A stretch of 64,000 nt of DNA from Nautiliaceae bacterium (GTDB taxonomy: Bacteria; Campylobacterota; Campylobacteria; Campylobacterales; Nautiliaceae), in NCBI GenBank assembly GCA_039831155.1, contig JBDONT010000008.1, positions 1 through 64,000 of the forward strand. Reading direction: 5' to 3'. Made by a program: the position numbers and the translations under genes. Below the pieces are notes generated by a model. That model had not been told where the DNA came from, did not search any database, and saw only the letters and a program-made list of their open reading frames with translations. Numbering within the stretch: position 1 is the first letter of the stretch; every line of letters begins with the position of its first letter. Shown piece by piece: positions 19,120 through 28,531 of the stretch.

Positions 19120-20226
19120 TTGTATGATGTAATTATTTTAGGGGCAGGGGCTAGTGGGCTGTTTTTGGCTGATTTTTTAAAGAAGAAAAAAGTTTTAATT
19201 ATAGAACATAATCCTACTTACGGAGCGAAAATAAAGATAAGCGGGGGAGGGAAGTGTAATATTACAAATAAAATCATCAGTTTTCAAAACTATTATCCAA
19301 AAAGTGAATTTGTAAAAAAAGCTCTTTTAAAAGCCGATAATAAGACTCTTTTGAAATGGATAAACTCAAAAGGTTTAAAAGTAAAAGAACTTAAAAAAAA
19401 TCAATACTTTTTTAACTCCTCTTTAGAACTTTTAAAAGTTTTAAAACCTAAATGCGATGTTGTTTATAATGCTGAAATTTTAGAAGTCAGTGACGATTTT
19501 AGAGTTCTTACTGCAAAAGGTGAATTTAAAGCAAAAAATATAGTTGTGGCACTTGGAGGGAAAAGTTTTAAGAAACTAGGAGCAAGTGAAAAGGGATATG
19601 AAATAGCTAAAAATTTTTCTCATACTATAAAACCTTTAAAACCGGCACTTGTGGGGCTTACTTTGCAACTCGAAGAGGGTTGGTTTAAAAAATTAAGTGG
19701 TGTTAGCGTCTTTTGTGACGTGTATGTGGGGGAGAAGAAATTTAAAGAAAATGTGCTTTTTTCTCATAGAGGAATAACCGGACCGGCTATTTTAAACGCT
19801 TCTTTATATTGGGAGAGGGGAAATATTACTATAGATTTTTTAGCCGGAAGGAGAGTTGAGAAGTTTTTAAAAAACCCAAACAAACAAATAATTTCTCAAT
19901 TACCTCTTCCTAAGTCGTTTTTGAGGGAGTTTTTAAATTCCCAAAATATACAAGATAAAAAGATAAAATATCTCTCTTCTTTGGAAAAAGAGAAATTAAA
20001 ACTTTTAAACGCATATAAGTTTGCACCGGCAGGGACTTTCGGGTTTGAGAGGGCAGAGATTACAAAAGGTGGTGTTAGTGTGGATGAGGTTGATGAGTTT
20101 ATGCATTCAAAATTAAAAAAGGGGCTTTATTTTATAGGGGAGGTTTTGGATGTGAGTGGAGAGCTTGGGGGGTATAATTTTCAGTGGGCTTTTAGCAGTG
20201 CGTTTTGTGCGTCTTTGAGTTTGTAG
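19120..20226 (+). CDS. HI0933/BaiN-family flavoprotein oxidoreductase
   Basis: GAGASG, KIKISGGGKCNITN, TKGGV, GELGGYNFQWAFSS; TTG start at 19120. Confidence 0.92.
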   Translation: MYDVIILGAGASGLFLADFLKKKKVLIIEHNPTYGAKIKISGGGKCNITNKIISFQNYYPKSEFVKKALLKADNKTLLKWINSKGLKVKELKKNQYFFNSSLELLKVLKPKCDVVYNAEILEVSDDFRVLTAKGEFKAKNIVVALGGKSFKKLGASEKGYEIAKNFSHTIKPLKPALVGLTLQLEEGWFKKLSGVSVFCDVYVGEKKFKENVLFSHRGITGPAILNASLYWERGNITIDFLAGRRVEKFLKNPNKQIISQLPLPKSFLREFLNSQNIQDKKIKYLSSLEKEKLKLLNAYKFAPAGTFGFERAEITKGGVSVDEVDEFMHSKLKKGLYFIGEVLDVSGELGGYNFQWAFSSAFCASLSL

Positions 20227-20762
20227 TGTTCTATTTTTAACGTCAGGTTTATATCCTCTTTGTTTTTGATAAAGTCTATAGGAAAATAAATTCTTATTAC
20301 GTTTTTGTAATTTTTTAAAGCGTCTACGAAATCGTAGAAGTTTTTAGGGGATTTTATATTGGCTTTTAAGATGTAAGTTGTTTTTAGGAAGTTTTTGTCA
20401 AACATTGTTTTGTTTATCTCTTTGATGGATGTTATGTACATATATTTTGAAGAGAAGAGTTTGAAGTTTTTATAGTTAAAATCCCTTTTAAAGTCGTTTA
20501 AAACTTTTTGGTTTTTGGATTTTAATTTGTTTAGTTCTTTTAATTTCTCTTTGTAAGAGAGGGTTATTGTGTCTAGTTCGTATTTTGTTTTTAAGTATTC
20601 TCTTTTGGCTTTTTTATAAGATGAAACGGCAGGGGATATAAGAACGGCTATTGCTAAAAGAGTAATTATGATAAAAAGGGTAAAAAAAAGAAAATTTTTA
20701 ATAACGTCTATTCCGTAAATTGTAATTCTTGGAATTTTTGGAATTTTGATGTTTAGTTTCAT
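20181..20762 (-). CDS. PilO-like membrane protein (probable flagellar motor cage component)
   Basis: N-terminal TM, coiled coil, then alpha/beta domain; third of a three-gene block downstream of miaB. Confidence 0.55.
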   Translation of the reverse strand: MKLNIKIPKIPRITIYGIDVIKNFLFFTLFIIITLLAIAVLISPAVSSYKKAKREYLKTKYELDTITLSYKEKLKELNKLKSKNQKVLNDFKRDFNYKNFKLFSSKYMYITSIKEINKTMFDKNFLKTTYILKANIKSPKNFYDFVDALKNYKNVIRIYFPIDFIKNKEDINLTLKIEHYKLKDAQNALLKAH

Positions 20763-21265
20763 TGCGAATCTTTTAGGTAGTTTTCGGATTTGAATTTATA
20801 CCAGCCGTTTGGCATTTGGTAAAAGTATGTTTTTGTTTGGGTGAATATGGACTCTAAAGGAGGCAGCATTAGCATATTGTAAATCTCCTTTGTAGGGGTT
20901 ATGCCGTAAATTATCAGTCTGTTTTTATCAAAATAGATACTGTTTAGGGTAATTGGGTCTGGTATTAAATCCAAAAGGTTTTTTATGCTGTTTTTCATAA
21001 GTTCGTTTTTTACCATTATGTTTTCATAAAGTGCTTTTTGAGTAAAGATAAACTCTTTTTCTTTTGAGATTGTGATGAGTTCTTTGTTTAGGTTTGCTAT
21101 TTGATTGTTGAATTTATTTATGTCTTTGTTGTATAAAAGGGCTTTTATCTCTAAAAACATAGCAAAACCTATGTATAAGATCAAAGAAACACCTATAAAT
21201 ATAAGCCAGAGTTTCGTGTCTTCTTTAAAGATAGGCTTTTTTTTAGGTTTTGTGAAACTATACAT
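20759..21265 (-). CDS. PilN-like membrane protein
   Basis: MYSFTKPKKKPIF, TM, coiled coil, NLLDLIPDPITL..LIIYGITP pattern. Confidence 0.6.
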   Translation of the reverse strand: MYSFTKPKKKPIFKEDTKLWLIFIGVSLILYIGFAMFLEIKALLYNKDINKFNNQIANLNKELITISKEKEFIFTQKALYENIMVKNELMKNSIKNLLDLIPDPITLNSIYFDKNRLIIYGITPTKEIYNMLMLPPLESIFTQTKTYFYQMPNGWYKFKSENYLKDSQ

Positions 21266-22121
21266 TTTCCCTACTTATTTGGTTTATTGTTTTGAGTATA
21301 TCAAATTCTTGAACGGTTGTGGTAATGAAAATTTCATCCTCTATTAGGGTTTTTATTTCTTGAGGGGTATTTAAGGTATCTAGAATAACTATTTTTTCTA
21401 TAAAATCCCCACCTTCTTCATAATACTCTTTTAGGGTGTTTTTAATATCTTCTATAATCCTATACTCTTCTTTTGTCTCTTCTACCGACGATTCGTCTAT
21501 TTCTTCTATGTTTTCTATGTCTTCGTCTAAAATATCGTCAAAATCTTCTATAATGTCTATATCCGAAATATCTTCTATTTCATCATCCTCTTCTTCTTTA
21601 AATTCGGTCGTTTTTTCTTCTATTTCGAAAATATCCGAATATACAGGAATTGAGTCTTTGTAAATTAAAATAAAATTAAAGCTTTTGGTAGTTAAGATAT
21701 ATAGAGTGTTGTGTTTTGATATGGCTTTTATGTCTATAAGGGCAAAAATCGGATATAGAAAATCCGGCTCAAAAGATTTCGTAAGTTCCATAAGCTCGTA
21801 AATAGTGGTGTAAAAAGAGTATCTGTTTTTAATGCAAATGTATTTTATATTCTCAAGTTCTATTCCCAGTTTTTTATACTCTTTTTTGTCGCATGAGGGT
21901 ACAACCCCTTGATTTTGAGAAAGGATAACGGTTGATACGTATGTTTGAGGGTTTGAGGAGGAGATTTCATTTATATAGTTTATAAGCTCTTTTTTTGTAT
22001 TGAACTCTTTTTTTTCTTCAAAAATGAGCTTATCGTTTTTATATTGTTCGTTTAGCAGGTAAAATTTATCTTCTTTGTAAAATGAGATAAAATTCGGTTT
22101 TATAAATATTTTCAAGAGCAT
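21258..22121 (-). CDS. PilM-like cytoplasmic protein with acidic tract
   Basis: Soluble 287 aa with a D/E-rich segment and YYEEGGDFIEKIVILD C-terminus; directly upstream of the PilN/PilO-like genes. Confidence 0.5.
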   Translation of the reverse strand: MLLKIFIKPNFISFYKEDKFYLLNEQYKNDKLIFEEKKEFNTKKELINYINEISSSNPQTYVSTVILSQNQGVVPSCDKKEYKKLGIELENIKYICIKNRYSFYTTIYELMELTKSFEPDFLYPIFALIDIKAISKHNTLYILTTKSFNFILIYKDSIPVYSDIFEIEEKTTEFKEEEDDEIEDISDIDIIEDFDDILDEDIENIEEIDESSVEETKEEYRIIEDIKNTLKEYYEEGGDFIEKIVILDTLNTPQEIKTLIEDEIFITTTVQEFDILKTINQISRENV

Positions 22122-22921
22122 AACGGATGAGCCTTAAGGTAGTTTTTGAGTTTTAAAGAGTCGCTTAGTTTTGTATATATTTGAGTGGTTGAGATAAATT
22201 CGTGTCCTAAAAGTTCGCTTACATCCGTAATTCTGGCTCCGTTTTGCAGCATATAAGTGGCAAAGGAGTGGCGAAGCTGGTGGGGAGTTACGTGAATGCC
22301 GTGTTTTTTAAAGGCTTTTTGAATTATTCTTCTGATTTTAGCTTCTCCTAAGGGAATTGAATCTTTTTCAAACAGATACTTTTTTTTGGGATTAATTTTT
22401 AAATAGTTGTTTAAAAACTCTTTTAATTTGGGATGAAGGGGCAGAATTCTTGTTTTATCCCCTTTTCCTCTGATTTCTATCCATTCTCCTTTAATGTCTT
22501 CGAGTTTTATATTCGCAGCTTCGCTTATTCTAAGCCCTAAAGAAAATATTACGATAATCGCTAAATATTCATCCATCGTAGCAGTTTGAAGGGCTTTTTT
22601 GATGTGTTCGATACTTACGGGTTTTGGGAGGGTTTTGGGTACTTTTATATGTTCGTCTCCTACTATTTTGAATTTATAGCCTTGTGTTTCTAAAAATTCA
22701 AAAAAACTTCTAAGGGCAGAGACTTTTTTTGCTATCGTTTTTTTGTTCAAGTTTGCTATATGGAGTCTGTAGGGGGTTATGTCTATTATGTTGTTTTCTA
22801 TTTCTAGATAATTAATAGCTTCGTTTAGTACGGTTTTATATGTTTTATAGGTATGAGACGATTTTGTCTGTTTTGTGAAATTTAAGAATTTTTCAATTTC
22901 TTTTTGTAAAAACTTTTTCAT
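22112..22921 (-). CDS. XerC/D-like tyrosine recombinase
   Basis: GLRISE, GKGDKTR, HQLRHSFAT, LLGH, TTQIYT (complete R-K-H-R-H-Y set). Confidence 0.92.
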   Translation of the reverse strand: MKKFLQKEIEKFLNFTKQTKSSHTYKTYKTVLNEAINYLEIENNIIDITPYRLHIANLNKKTIAKKVSALRSFFEFLETQGYKFKIVGDEHIKVPKTLPKPVSIEHIKKALQTATMDEYLAIIVIFSLGLRISEAANIKLEDIKGEWIEIRGKGDKTRILPLHPKLKEFLNNYLKINPKKKYLFEKDSIPLGEAKIRRIIQKAFKKHGIHVTPHQLRHSFATYMLQNGARITDVSELLGHEFISTTQIYTKLSDSLKLKNYLKAHPLCS

Positions 22922-23348
22922 AAATCTCTCTTGCCTTTTGGTATTGTTGTTTTGCTTTTAGTTTTAAATCTTTGGGTATTAAAATCGACGGTTTTAAATT
23001 TTTATACTCATCAAGCAAAATCTCAAGCATTATTTTTACTCTTTGTTTGTCTTGTAGAGTAATATGTGATTTGTTTGCTATGTTTTCTATTTTTTTAAAG
23101 TAATTATTAGAATCGTTTAAAAACGTTTCCCACTCTTTTGCTATTTTCGATTGTGTATAAATTGTAAACGCCATTCTGTTATAAGGGTCTAGCAAATAAG
23201 CCTCTTTTGCTTTTACGTAGGCTTTATTGAATTCCCCTTCTTCAAAATAGTACCTAGCCTCTAAAGAGAGACGATAGGATTTGTTTAAAAGCATATAAAT
23301 TCCAAATCCTATTAATACGGCTCCTATTAAGAAAAGTGTTTTTTTTAT
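22893..23348 (-). CDS. TPR-like membrane-anchored hypothetical protein (likely start is ATA at 23348; first ATG at 23294)
   Basis: In-frame N-terminal [19 protein letters not shown] segment upstream of the first [17 protein letters not shown]-like turn. Confidence 0.7.
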   Translation of the reverse strand: MKKTLFLIGAVLIGFGIYMLLNKSYRLSLEARYYFEEGEFNKAYVKAKEAYLLDPYNRMAFTIYTQSKIAKEWETFLNDSNNYFKKIENIANKSHITLQDKQRVKIMLEILLDEYKNLKPSILIPKDLKLKAKQQYQKAREIYEKVFTKRN

Positions 23349-24613
23349 ACTACTTCTCCTATTAGAGTATGTTTGTTGGCTTCTTTTATTTTTACATCGA
23401 CAATTTTTCCTAGGTATTTATCGTTTTTAGGTATTTTTACCGTAAAAAAGTTATCGCTTTTACCCATTCCCGGCTCTTCTATTAATACTTTATATGTTTT
23501 TCCTATTTGAGCATTTGCTATTTCGTCAAGAATTTCGGCGTGTCTTTTTTGAAGTCTATAAAGTCTTTGTTTTGCCGTTTCTTTATCGACTTGATTTGTA
23601 AAGGTTGCGGCTTCGGTTAGGGGTCTTGGAGAATAAACGAAACTGAAAATTTGCTCAAACCTTACTTTTTCAACCACTTCCATAGTCTCTTTAAAATCCT
23701 CTTCGCTTTCTCCCGGAAAACCTACTATTATATCGGTCGTAATGCTTACATCCGGGATTTGGCGTATTATTTCGGCTCTGTTTAAAAACCACTCTTTTGT
23801 ATAACCTCTTCTCATATCTTTTAAAACTTTGCTGCTTCCACTTTGTAAAGGGAAATGAATGTGCTTGCAAATTTTCGGGTTGTTTGCGAATTCATCCAAG
23901 AACTTATTGTCTGCGTGAAGAGGATGAGGGGAGGTAAATCGAATTCTTTCAATTCCGTCTATTTTACTGACTTCTCTTAATAAATCCGTAAAATCGACTT
24001 TAGGATGAGAAACGCTAAATCTTTTTCCGTAGTTGTTTACGTTTTGACCAAGAAGCGTTACTTCTTTTACTCCCTCTTCGGCTAGATTTTGTATCTGTTT
24101 TAAGATTAAGTCTATAGGAATGGAAAGCTCACGACCTCTTGTTTTAGGAACGATACAAAAAGAACACTTTTTATCACATCCTACCATTATGTTTACGAAG
24201 TCTTTGTAAGGGTTTTTATGGATATTTTTGAATACATAAGTCGTATCATCGTAGTTTATGTCGGTAATTACGGCTTTTGAGGTTGAGATGGCTTCTTTTA
24301 TTTTGCTTACGTTTCTAGCTCCCAGTACGAAACTGACATAAGGGGCTTTTTTTATTATCTCTTCTCCCATATGGCTTGCCGTACATCCGCATACGCCAAA
24401 TTGTGCGTTTGGATTTTGTTTTTTTAAACTTCCAAGTTCGGAAAACAGCTTTTGAACGGGCTTTTCCCTAACCGAACAGGTGTTAAGCAGAATCAAGTCC
24501 GCTTCTTTTGGATTTTGAGTCGTTTCAAATTCGTCGGAGAGTTCGGCTATTATGTGTTCGGAGTCTTTTACGTTCATTTGGCAGCCGAACGTTTGAATAT
24601 AAAGTTTTTTCAA
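23345..24613 (-). CDS. miaB: tRNA-2-methylthio-N6-dimethylallyladenosine synthase MiaB
   Basis: [22 protein letters not shown] radical SAM motif, RFTSPHP. Confidence 0.97.
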   Translation of the reverse strand: MKKLYIQTFGCQMNVKDSEHIIAELSDEFETTQNPKEADLILLNTCSVREKPVQKLFSELGSLKKQNPNAQFGVCGCTASHMGEEIIKKAPYVSFVLGARNVSKIKEAISTSKAVITDINYDDTTYVFKNIHKNPYKDFVNIMVGCDKKCSFCIVPKTRGRELSIPIDLILKQIQNLAEEGVKEVTLLGQNVNNYGKRFSVSHPKVDFTDLLREVSKIDGIERIRFTSPHPLHADNKFLDEFANNPKICKHIHFPLQSGSSKVLKDMRRGYTKEWFLNRAEIIRQIPDVSITTDIIVGFPGESEEDFKETMEVVEKVRFEQIFSFVYSPRPLTEAATFTNQVDKETAKQRLYRLQKRHAEILDEIANAQIGKTYKVLIEEPGMGKSDNFFTVKIPKNDKYLGKIVDVKIKEANKHTLIGEVV

Positions 24614-24621
24614 GGGAATCC

Positions 24622-24852
24622 TTAAATTATATGAAGTTCATACATATATGCCCCCTCATCCAGGCCGTATTTTACTTCTCTAAAATATACGGAGTATCCC
24701 TCTTCTTCAAGTTTATCGATAAGGTCTTTTAAATCTTTATATGAAGTTTCTTTATGAAAATAGAAAAATGAATTCGGTTTAATCTCTTTTACGAACTCTT
24801 CATAGCTCTTTTCTATTATGTTGTTGTCACTGCTTATTAACTTAAGTATCAT
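24622..24852 (-). CDS. HP0268-family small nuclease
   Basis: FFYF...[20 protein letters not shown]; immediately upstream of miaB as in Helicobacter/Campylobacter. Confidence 0.8.
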   Translation of the reverse strand: MILKLISSDNNIIEKSYEEFVKEIKPNSFFYFHKETSYKDLKDLIDKLEEEGYSVYFREVKYGLDEGAYMYELHII

Positions 24853-24910
24853 TGCAAACCCTTTTAATTATTATTTTATCAAAAATTTTTGTAAAATTAT
24901 ACCTAAAAAA

Positions 24911-24975
24911 GTAGTTTGTAGTGAGTAGTAAGTAGTTATTAGTTTTAACTATCTACTACCCACTATCCACTACAA
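24911..24975. repeat. heptamer tandem repeats arranged as an imperfect inverted repeat upstream of nusA
   Basis: GTAGTTT GTAGTGA GTAGTAA GTAGTTA TTAGTTT followed by TAACTAT CTACTAC CCACTAT CCACTAC. Confidence 0.8.
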
Positions 24976-24994
24976 TTAAACATAAAGGATAAGC

Positions 24995-26068
24995 GTGGAA
25001 AAAGTATTGGATTTATTATCACTGGTCGCAAACGAAAAAGGACTTGATTTTGATGAAGTGAAAGAGGCGTTTAAACGTTCTATTATAAAAACTGCCAAAA
25101 AAGTTTTGGGGGATATAGATGTTGAAGTTAATTTAGAAGACGGAGAGCTTAAAATTTATCAGATTTTTGAAGTAAGAAATGATGATATAGCTTTGGAAAA
25201 TCCGGAAAAATACTTATATCTTGACGAAGCTAGAGAATTTGACCCGAATGCTCAAATCGGAGATAAATTAAAAGCCGAACTTGATTTGTCTAAACTCGGA
25301 AGAAGTGGGGCTATGGCTTTACAAAGAGAGTTTGAACGCGAAATTACAAGGCTTCTTGAAAATGAGATTTACAGAAAACTTATTTCTAAGTTAAACACTA
25401 TCGTAAGTGGAGAGGTTGTAAAAGTAGATAATGAAGAAAACACCTGGGTTGAGCTTGACGGGGTAAAAGGCGTTCTTCCGATGAGAAACAGAATTAAAGG
25501 TGAAAAGTTTGAAGTCGGGGATGTAATGAAAGCTTTATTAAAATATGTTCATTTCGATACGAAAAGAGGTGTTACGATAGAGCTTAGCCGTACTTCTCCT
25601 AAATTTTTGGAAAAACTGATTGAAGCTGCCGTTCCGGAAGTAAGAGACGGAATTATCAAAATTCATACAAGTGCTAGAATCCCTGGGGTTAGAAGTAAGG
25701 TGGCAGTAAGTTCGCTTAATCCTAAAGTTGAGCCGATAGGAACTATTATCGGTAAAAACGGGGTTAGAATAAATTCCGTTTCAAACGAGCTTAACGGAGA
25801 AAATATAGACGTTATAGAGTATTCGGATAAGCCGGAGATTTTTATAGCAAGGGCTTTATCTCCTGCAATTGTAAAAAACGTAAATATAGATGAAGAAAAA
25901 GGGATTGCGGAAGTTGAAGTCGACCCCGACCAAAAAGCGAAAGCTATCGGTAAAAACGGGGTTAATATTACCTTAGCCGGAATGCTTACGAAATATAAAA
26001 TCGAATTAAAAGACGCTAAAGAAAAAACAAAAGACACAAGTAAACTTGAAAATCTATTTAAAATTTAA
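24995..26068 (+). CDS. nusA: transcription termination/antitermination factor NusA
   Basis: S1 and KH domains: ELSRTSPKFL, ARIPGVRSKVAV, AIGKNGVNI. Confidence 0.97.
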   Translation: MEKVLDLLSLVANEKGLDFDEVKEAFKRSIIKTAKKVLGDIDVEVNLEDGELKIYQIFEVRNDDIALENPEKYLYLDEAREFDPNAQIGDKLKAELDLSKLGRSGAMALQREFEREITRLLENEIYRKLISKLNTIVSGEVVKVDNEENTWVELDGVKGVLPMRNRIKGEKFEVGDVMKALLKYVHFDTKRGVTIELSRTSPKFLEKLIEAAVPEVRDGIIKIHTSARIPGVRSKVAVSSLNPKVEPIGTIIGKNGVRINSVSNELNGENIDVIEYSDKPEIFIARALSPAIVKNVNIDEEKGIAEVEVDPDQKAKAIGKNGVNITLAGMLTKYKIELKDAKEKTKDTSKLENLFKI

Positions 26069-26082
26069 GGACAGCTAAAGTT

Positions 26083-27048
26083 ATGAGATATTTTTACGCT
26101 TCTTTTATTATTGCAGTTATAGGGCTTGGTTTGGCTTTTTTAATAGGTGGTTTTAGTGCCGTTTATTTAACGGCTATTTTAGCCGTGCTTGAGATTAGTC
26201 TCTCTTTTGATAACGCCGTTGTTAACGCTAAGATTTTAAAAAGTATGGATGAGGTTTGGGTTAAGAGGTTTTTAACGTGGGGGATGGTTGTCGCCGTATT
26301 TGGGATGAGGTTTATATTTCCTATTTTGATAGTGGCGATTGCTGCTAATTTGGGAATTGTCGAGACGGTGGAGATTGCTATAAAAGAGCCTTTAAAATAC
26401 CACGAAATTTTAGTTCATAGTGAAAAACTGATTTATGCTTTCGGTGGGGCGTTTTTGTGGCTTGTTTTTAGTGATTTTTTGTTTGAGGATAAAGAAGTCA
26501 GATGGATAAAACCTATTGAAAAATATGCAGAGAAACTTGGAAGAGTAAATAATATTTCTTTAATTGTGGCTACTTTAATAGGTATTATCGTAACTTATGA
26601 CGCTAAATCGTATGAAATAGCTATAGCTTATTTTTTCGGAATGCTTACTTATTCGATTTTAAACGGAATTAACGAAGCGTTTGCGATAGAAGGAGCTAAA
26701 AACGGACTTGTAGGGTTTTTATATCTGGAAATGCTTGATGCAAGTTTTAGTTTTGACGGAGTCATCGGAGCGTTTGCTATTACTCCTAATATTTGGCTTA
26801 TTATGATAGGACTTGGAATAGGGGCTATGTTTGTAAGAAGCCTTACTATTTGGATAGTAAAAAAAGGTGTTTTGGACGAATATAAATACCTAGAACACGG
26901 AGCTCACTATGCTATAGGGGTTTTGGCAGTTATAATGCTTCTTAAAATTTTTATGCATATCGGAGAAGAACTTACAGGTACTCTTGGGCTTGCACTTTTA
27001 ATTATTGCCTTTTTACACTCTAAAATAGAAAATGCTAAACAATCTTAA
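26083..27048 (+). CDS. DUF475 / TerC-like integral membrane protein
   Basis: LEISLSFDNAVVNA, FLYLEMLDASFSFDGVIGAFAIT, YLEHGAHYAI. Confidence 0.9.
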   Translation: MRYFYASFIIAVIGLGLAFLIGGFSAVYLTAILAVLEISLSFDNAVVNAKILKSMDEVWVKRFLTWGMVVAVFGMRFIFPILIVAIAANLGIVETVEIAIKEPLKYHEILVHSEKLIYAFGGAFLWLVFSDFLFEDKEVRWIKPIEKYAEKLGRVNNISLIVATLIGIIVTYDAKSYEIAIAYFFGMLTYSILNGINEAFAIEGAKNGLVGFLYLEMLDASFSFDGVIGAFAITPNIWLIMIGLGIGAMFVRSLTIWIVKKGVLDEYKYLEHGAHYAIGVLAVIMLLKIFMHIGEELTGTLGLALLIIAFLHSKIENAKQS

Positions 27049-27784
27049 TTTCAAGTTCAAGCTCAATTCCTTCTTCTTCAAAAACCCTTTTTTTTACCTC
27101 ATTAATTAAAAACATCATATCTTCAAATGTCCCACTTTTAATATTTACAAAAAAGTTTGCGTGAATTTCACTTATTTTAATTCCCCCTTTTACTTTACCT
27201 TTCATTCCAACTTTTTCAATTAATCTTCCGGCAAAATCTTCTTTTGGGTTTTTAAATACACTTCCCAGGCTTGGTTCTTTTGGCTGATTTTTTCTTAGAG
27301 TTTTTAGATATTCATCAAGTTTTTTATCATAATTTCTCTTTATCTCAAATATCACTTCAAATACGGGTTCATTAATAGATGAGGTTCTATAAGAGAAGTT
27401 GAAGTTGTTTTTATCTTTGCCGTTTATTGCTAAAAGATTGTTTGAGATTTCTTCTTCTTTTACTCCGGCATTCATCTTTACGCTTCCCCCAATTGTCCCA
27501 GGAAGCTTTGCTAAAAATTCAAATCCACCTATATTATTTCTTTTGCAAAAGTTATAAAGAACTCTATTTTTTACTTTTCCACCGACTCTTAAATATCCAT
27601 TTTTATATTCTATAAATTTATATTTATCGCTTAAAATTCCTAAGTTTTTTGCGTTAGGAGAAATTAGAGTGTTTGTAGCTCTTCCAATTAAGAATTCGTT
27701 ATTATAGTTATATTCATCTATCTCTTTTACATTTATTTTAGGTCCTATTTTTATTGAAGAGAACTTTGAAAAATCAATTATCAA
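27035..27784 (-). CDS. murB: UDP-N-acetylmuramate dehydrogenase
   Basis: LPGTIGGSVKMNAG, FSYRTS, GSVFKNP, HANFFVN. Confidence 0.95.
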   Translation of the reverse strand: MIIDFSKFSSIKIGPKINVKEIDEYNYNNEFLIGRATNTLISPNAKNLGILSDKYKFIEYKNGYLRVGGKVKNRVLYNFCKRNNIGGFEFLAKLPGTIGGSVKMNAGVKEEEISNNLLAINGKDKNNFNFSYRTSSINEPVFEVIFEIKRNYDKKLDEYLKTLRKNQPKEPSLGSVFKNPKEDFAGRLIEKVGMKGKVKGGIKISEIHANFFVNIKSGTFEDMMFLINEVKKRVFEEEGIELELEIKIV

Positions 27785-27793
27785 TTAATCTCC

Positions 27794-28060
27794 TTATCTA
27801 AGAAAAGTAGGAATTAAACTAAAGACATATTTTGTAAAGTCAATTATTTCATTCATCATCCATGGCATTGTAAAAATTAAAATAACTGCTATTGCTAAAA
27901 CTTTCGGGACAAAACTTAAAGTCATTTCATTTATTTGTGTGGTGGCTTGAAAAATGGAGATTAAAAGACCGACTATAAGCCCGACTAATAAAGCAGGTAA
28001 AGCTAAAAGAAGTGCCAATTTTAGAGTTTGAACTGCAAGTGCTATTATTTCAGATTGCAT
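27794..28060 (-). CDS. fliQ: flagellar export protein FliQ
   Basis: GLLISIFQATTQINEMTLSFVPK. Confidence 0.97.
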   Translation of the reverse strand: MQSEIIALAVQTLKLALLLALPALLVGLIVGLLISIFQATTQINEMTLSFVPKVLAIAVILIFTMPWMMNEIIDFTKYVFSLIPTFLR

Positions 28061-28517
28061 TTTCTATTCCCATAACTTTTTTTATAGCTTTATCTACTTT
28101 TTGCATCTCTTCATCTGTTAGTTTAGTAACTAAACCTTTGTTAAAAAGAATTTTTCCTGTTGAAATTATACCGATTGCAGTAGCTACTATTTCACTATCG
28201 AGTGTCATATTATCTCTTTTTTTTATTAAAACTCTATAATCTCCTCCAAGAAGCTGTCCGGATAATGGCAAAACTATAACGGTGTGATAAATCCCCTCAA
28301 AACAGGCTCTATTTAGATAGTCGTTTTGATAGATTAAAAATGGTCTTATTTTTGCAGAGTCTGTAAGCTTTGCAAAATAGACTTCTCCTCTTTTAAATTC
28401 AGGGACTTTATCTCCTTTAAATTCCCCTTCAAAAAAGTCGATATAACTTTGTCTTTGAGTTCGGGGTTTGCATTTTAGTGAAGTTTCGTTTCTTTTTAGC
28501 CACTCTTTAAATTCCAC
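28050..28517 (-). CDS. PemK/MazF-family endoribonuclease with N-terminal extension
   Basis: FKRGEVYFAKL..KIRPFLIYQND..VIVLPLS..KLTDEEMQKVDKAIK matches the MazF pattern; GTG start with RBS AAGGA. Confidence 0.8.
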   Translation of the reverse strand: MEFKEWLKRNETSLKCKPRTQRQSYIDFFEGEFKGDKVPEFKRGEVYFAKLTDSAKIRPFLIYQNDYLNRACFEGIYHTVIVLPLSGQLLGGDYRVLIKKRDNMTLDSEIVATAIGIISTGKILFNKGLVTKLTDEEMQKVDKAIKKVMGIENAI

Positions 28518-28531
28518 TTATTTCCTTTATT

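Noticed and set aside
22112..22921. Tyrosine recombinase as marker of a prophage or integrative element
   Set aside because: Overlaps chromosomal genes on both sides; no att-like repeats, phage or conjugation genes nearby
24911..24975. Possible CRISPR array (also considered 41015-41078)
   Set aside because: Units are 7-8 bp with no spacers, and there are no cas genes in the window
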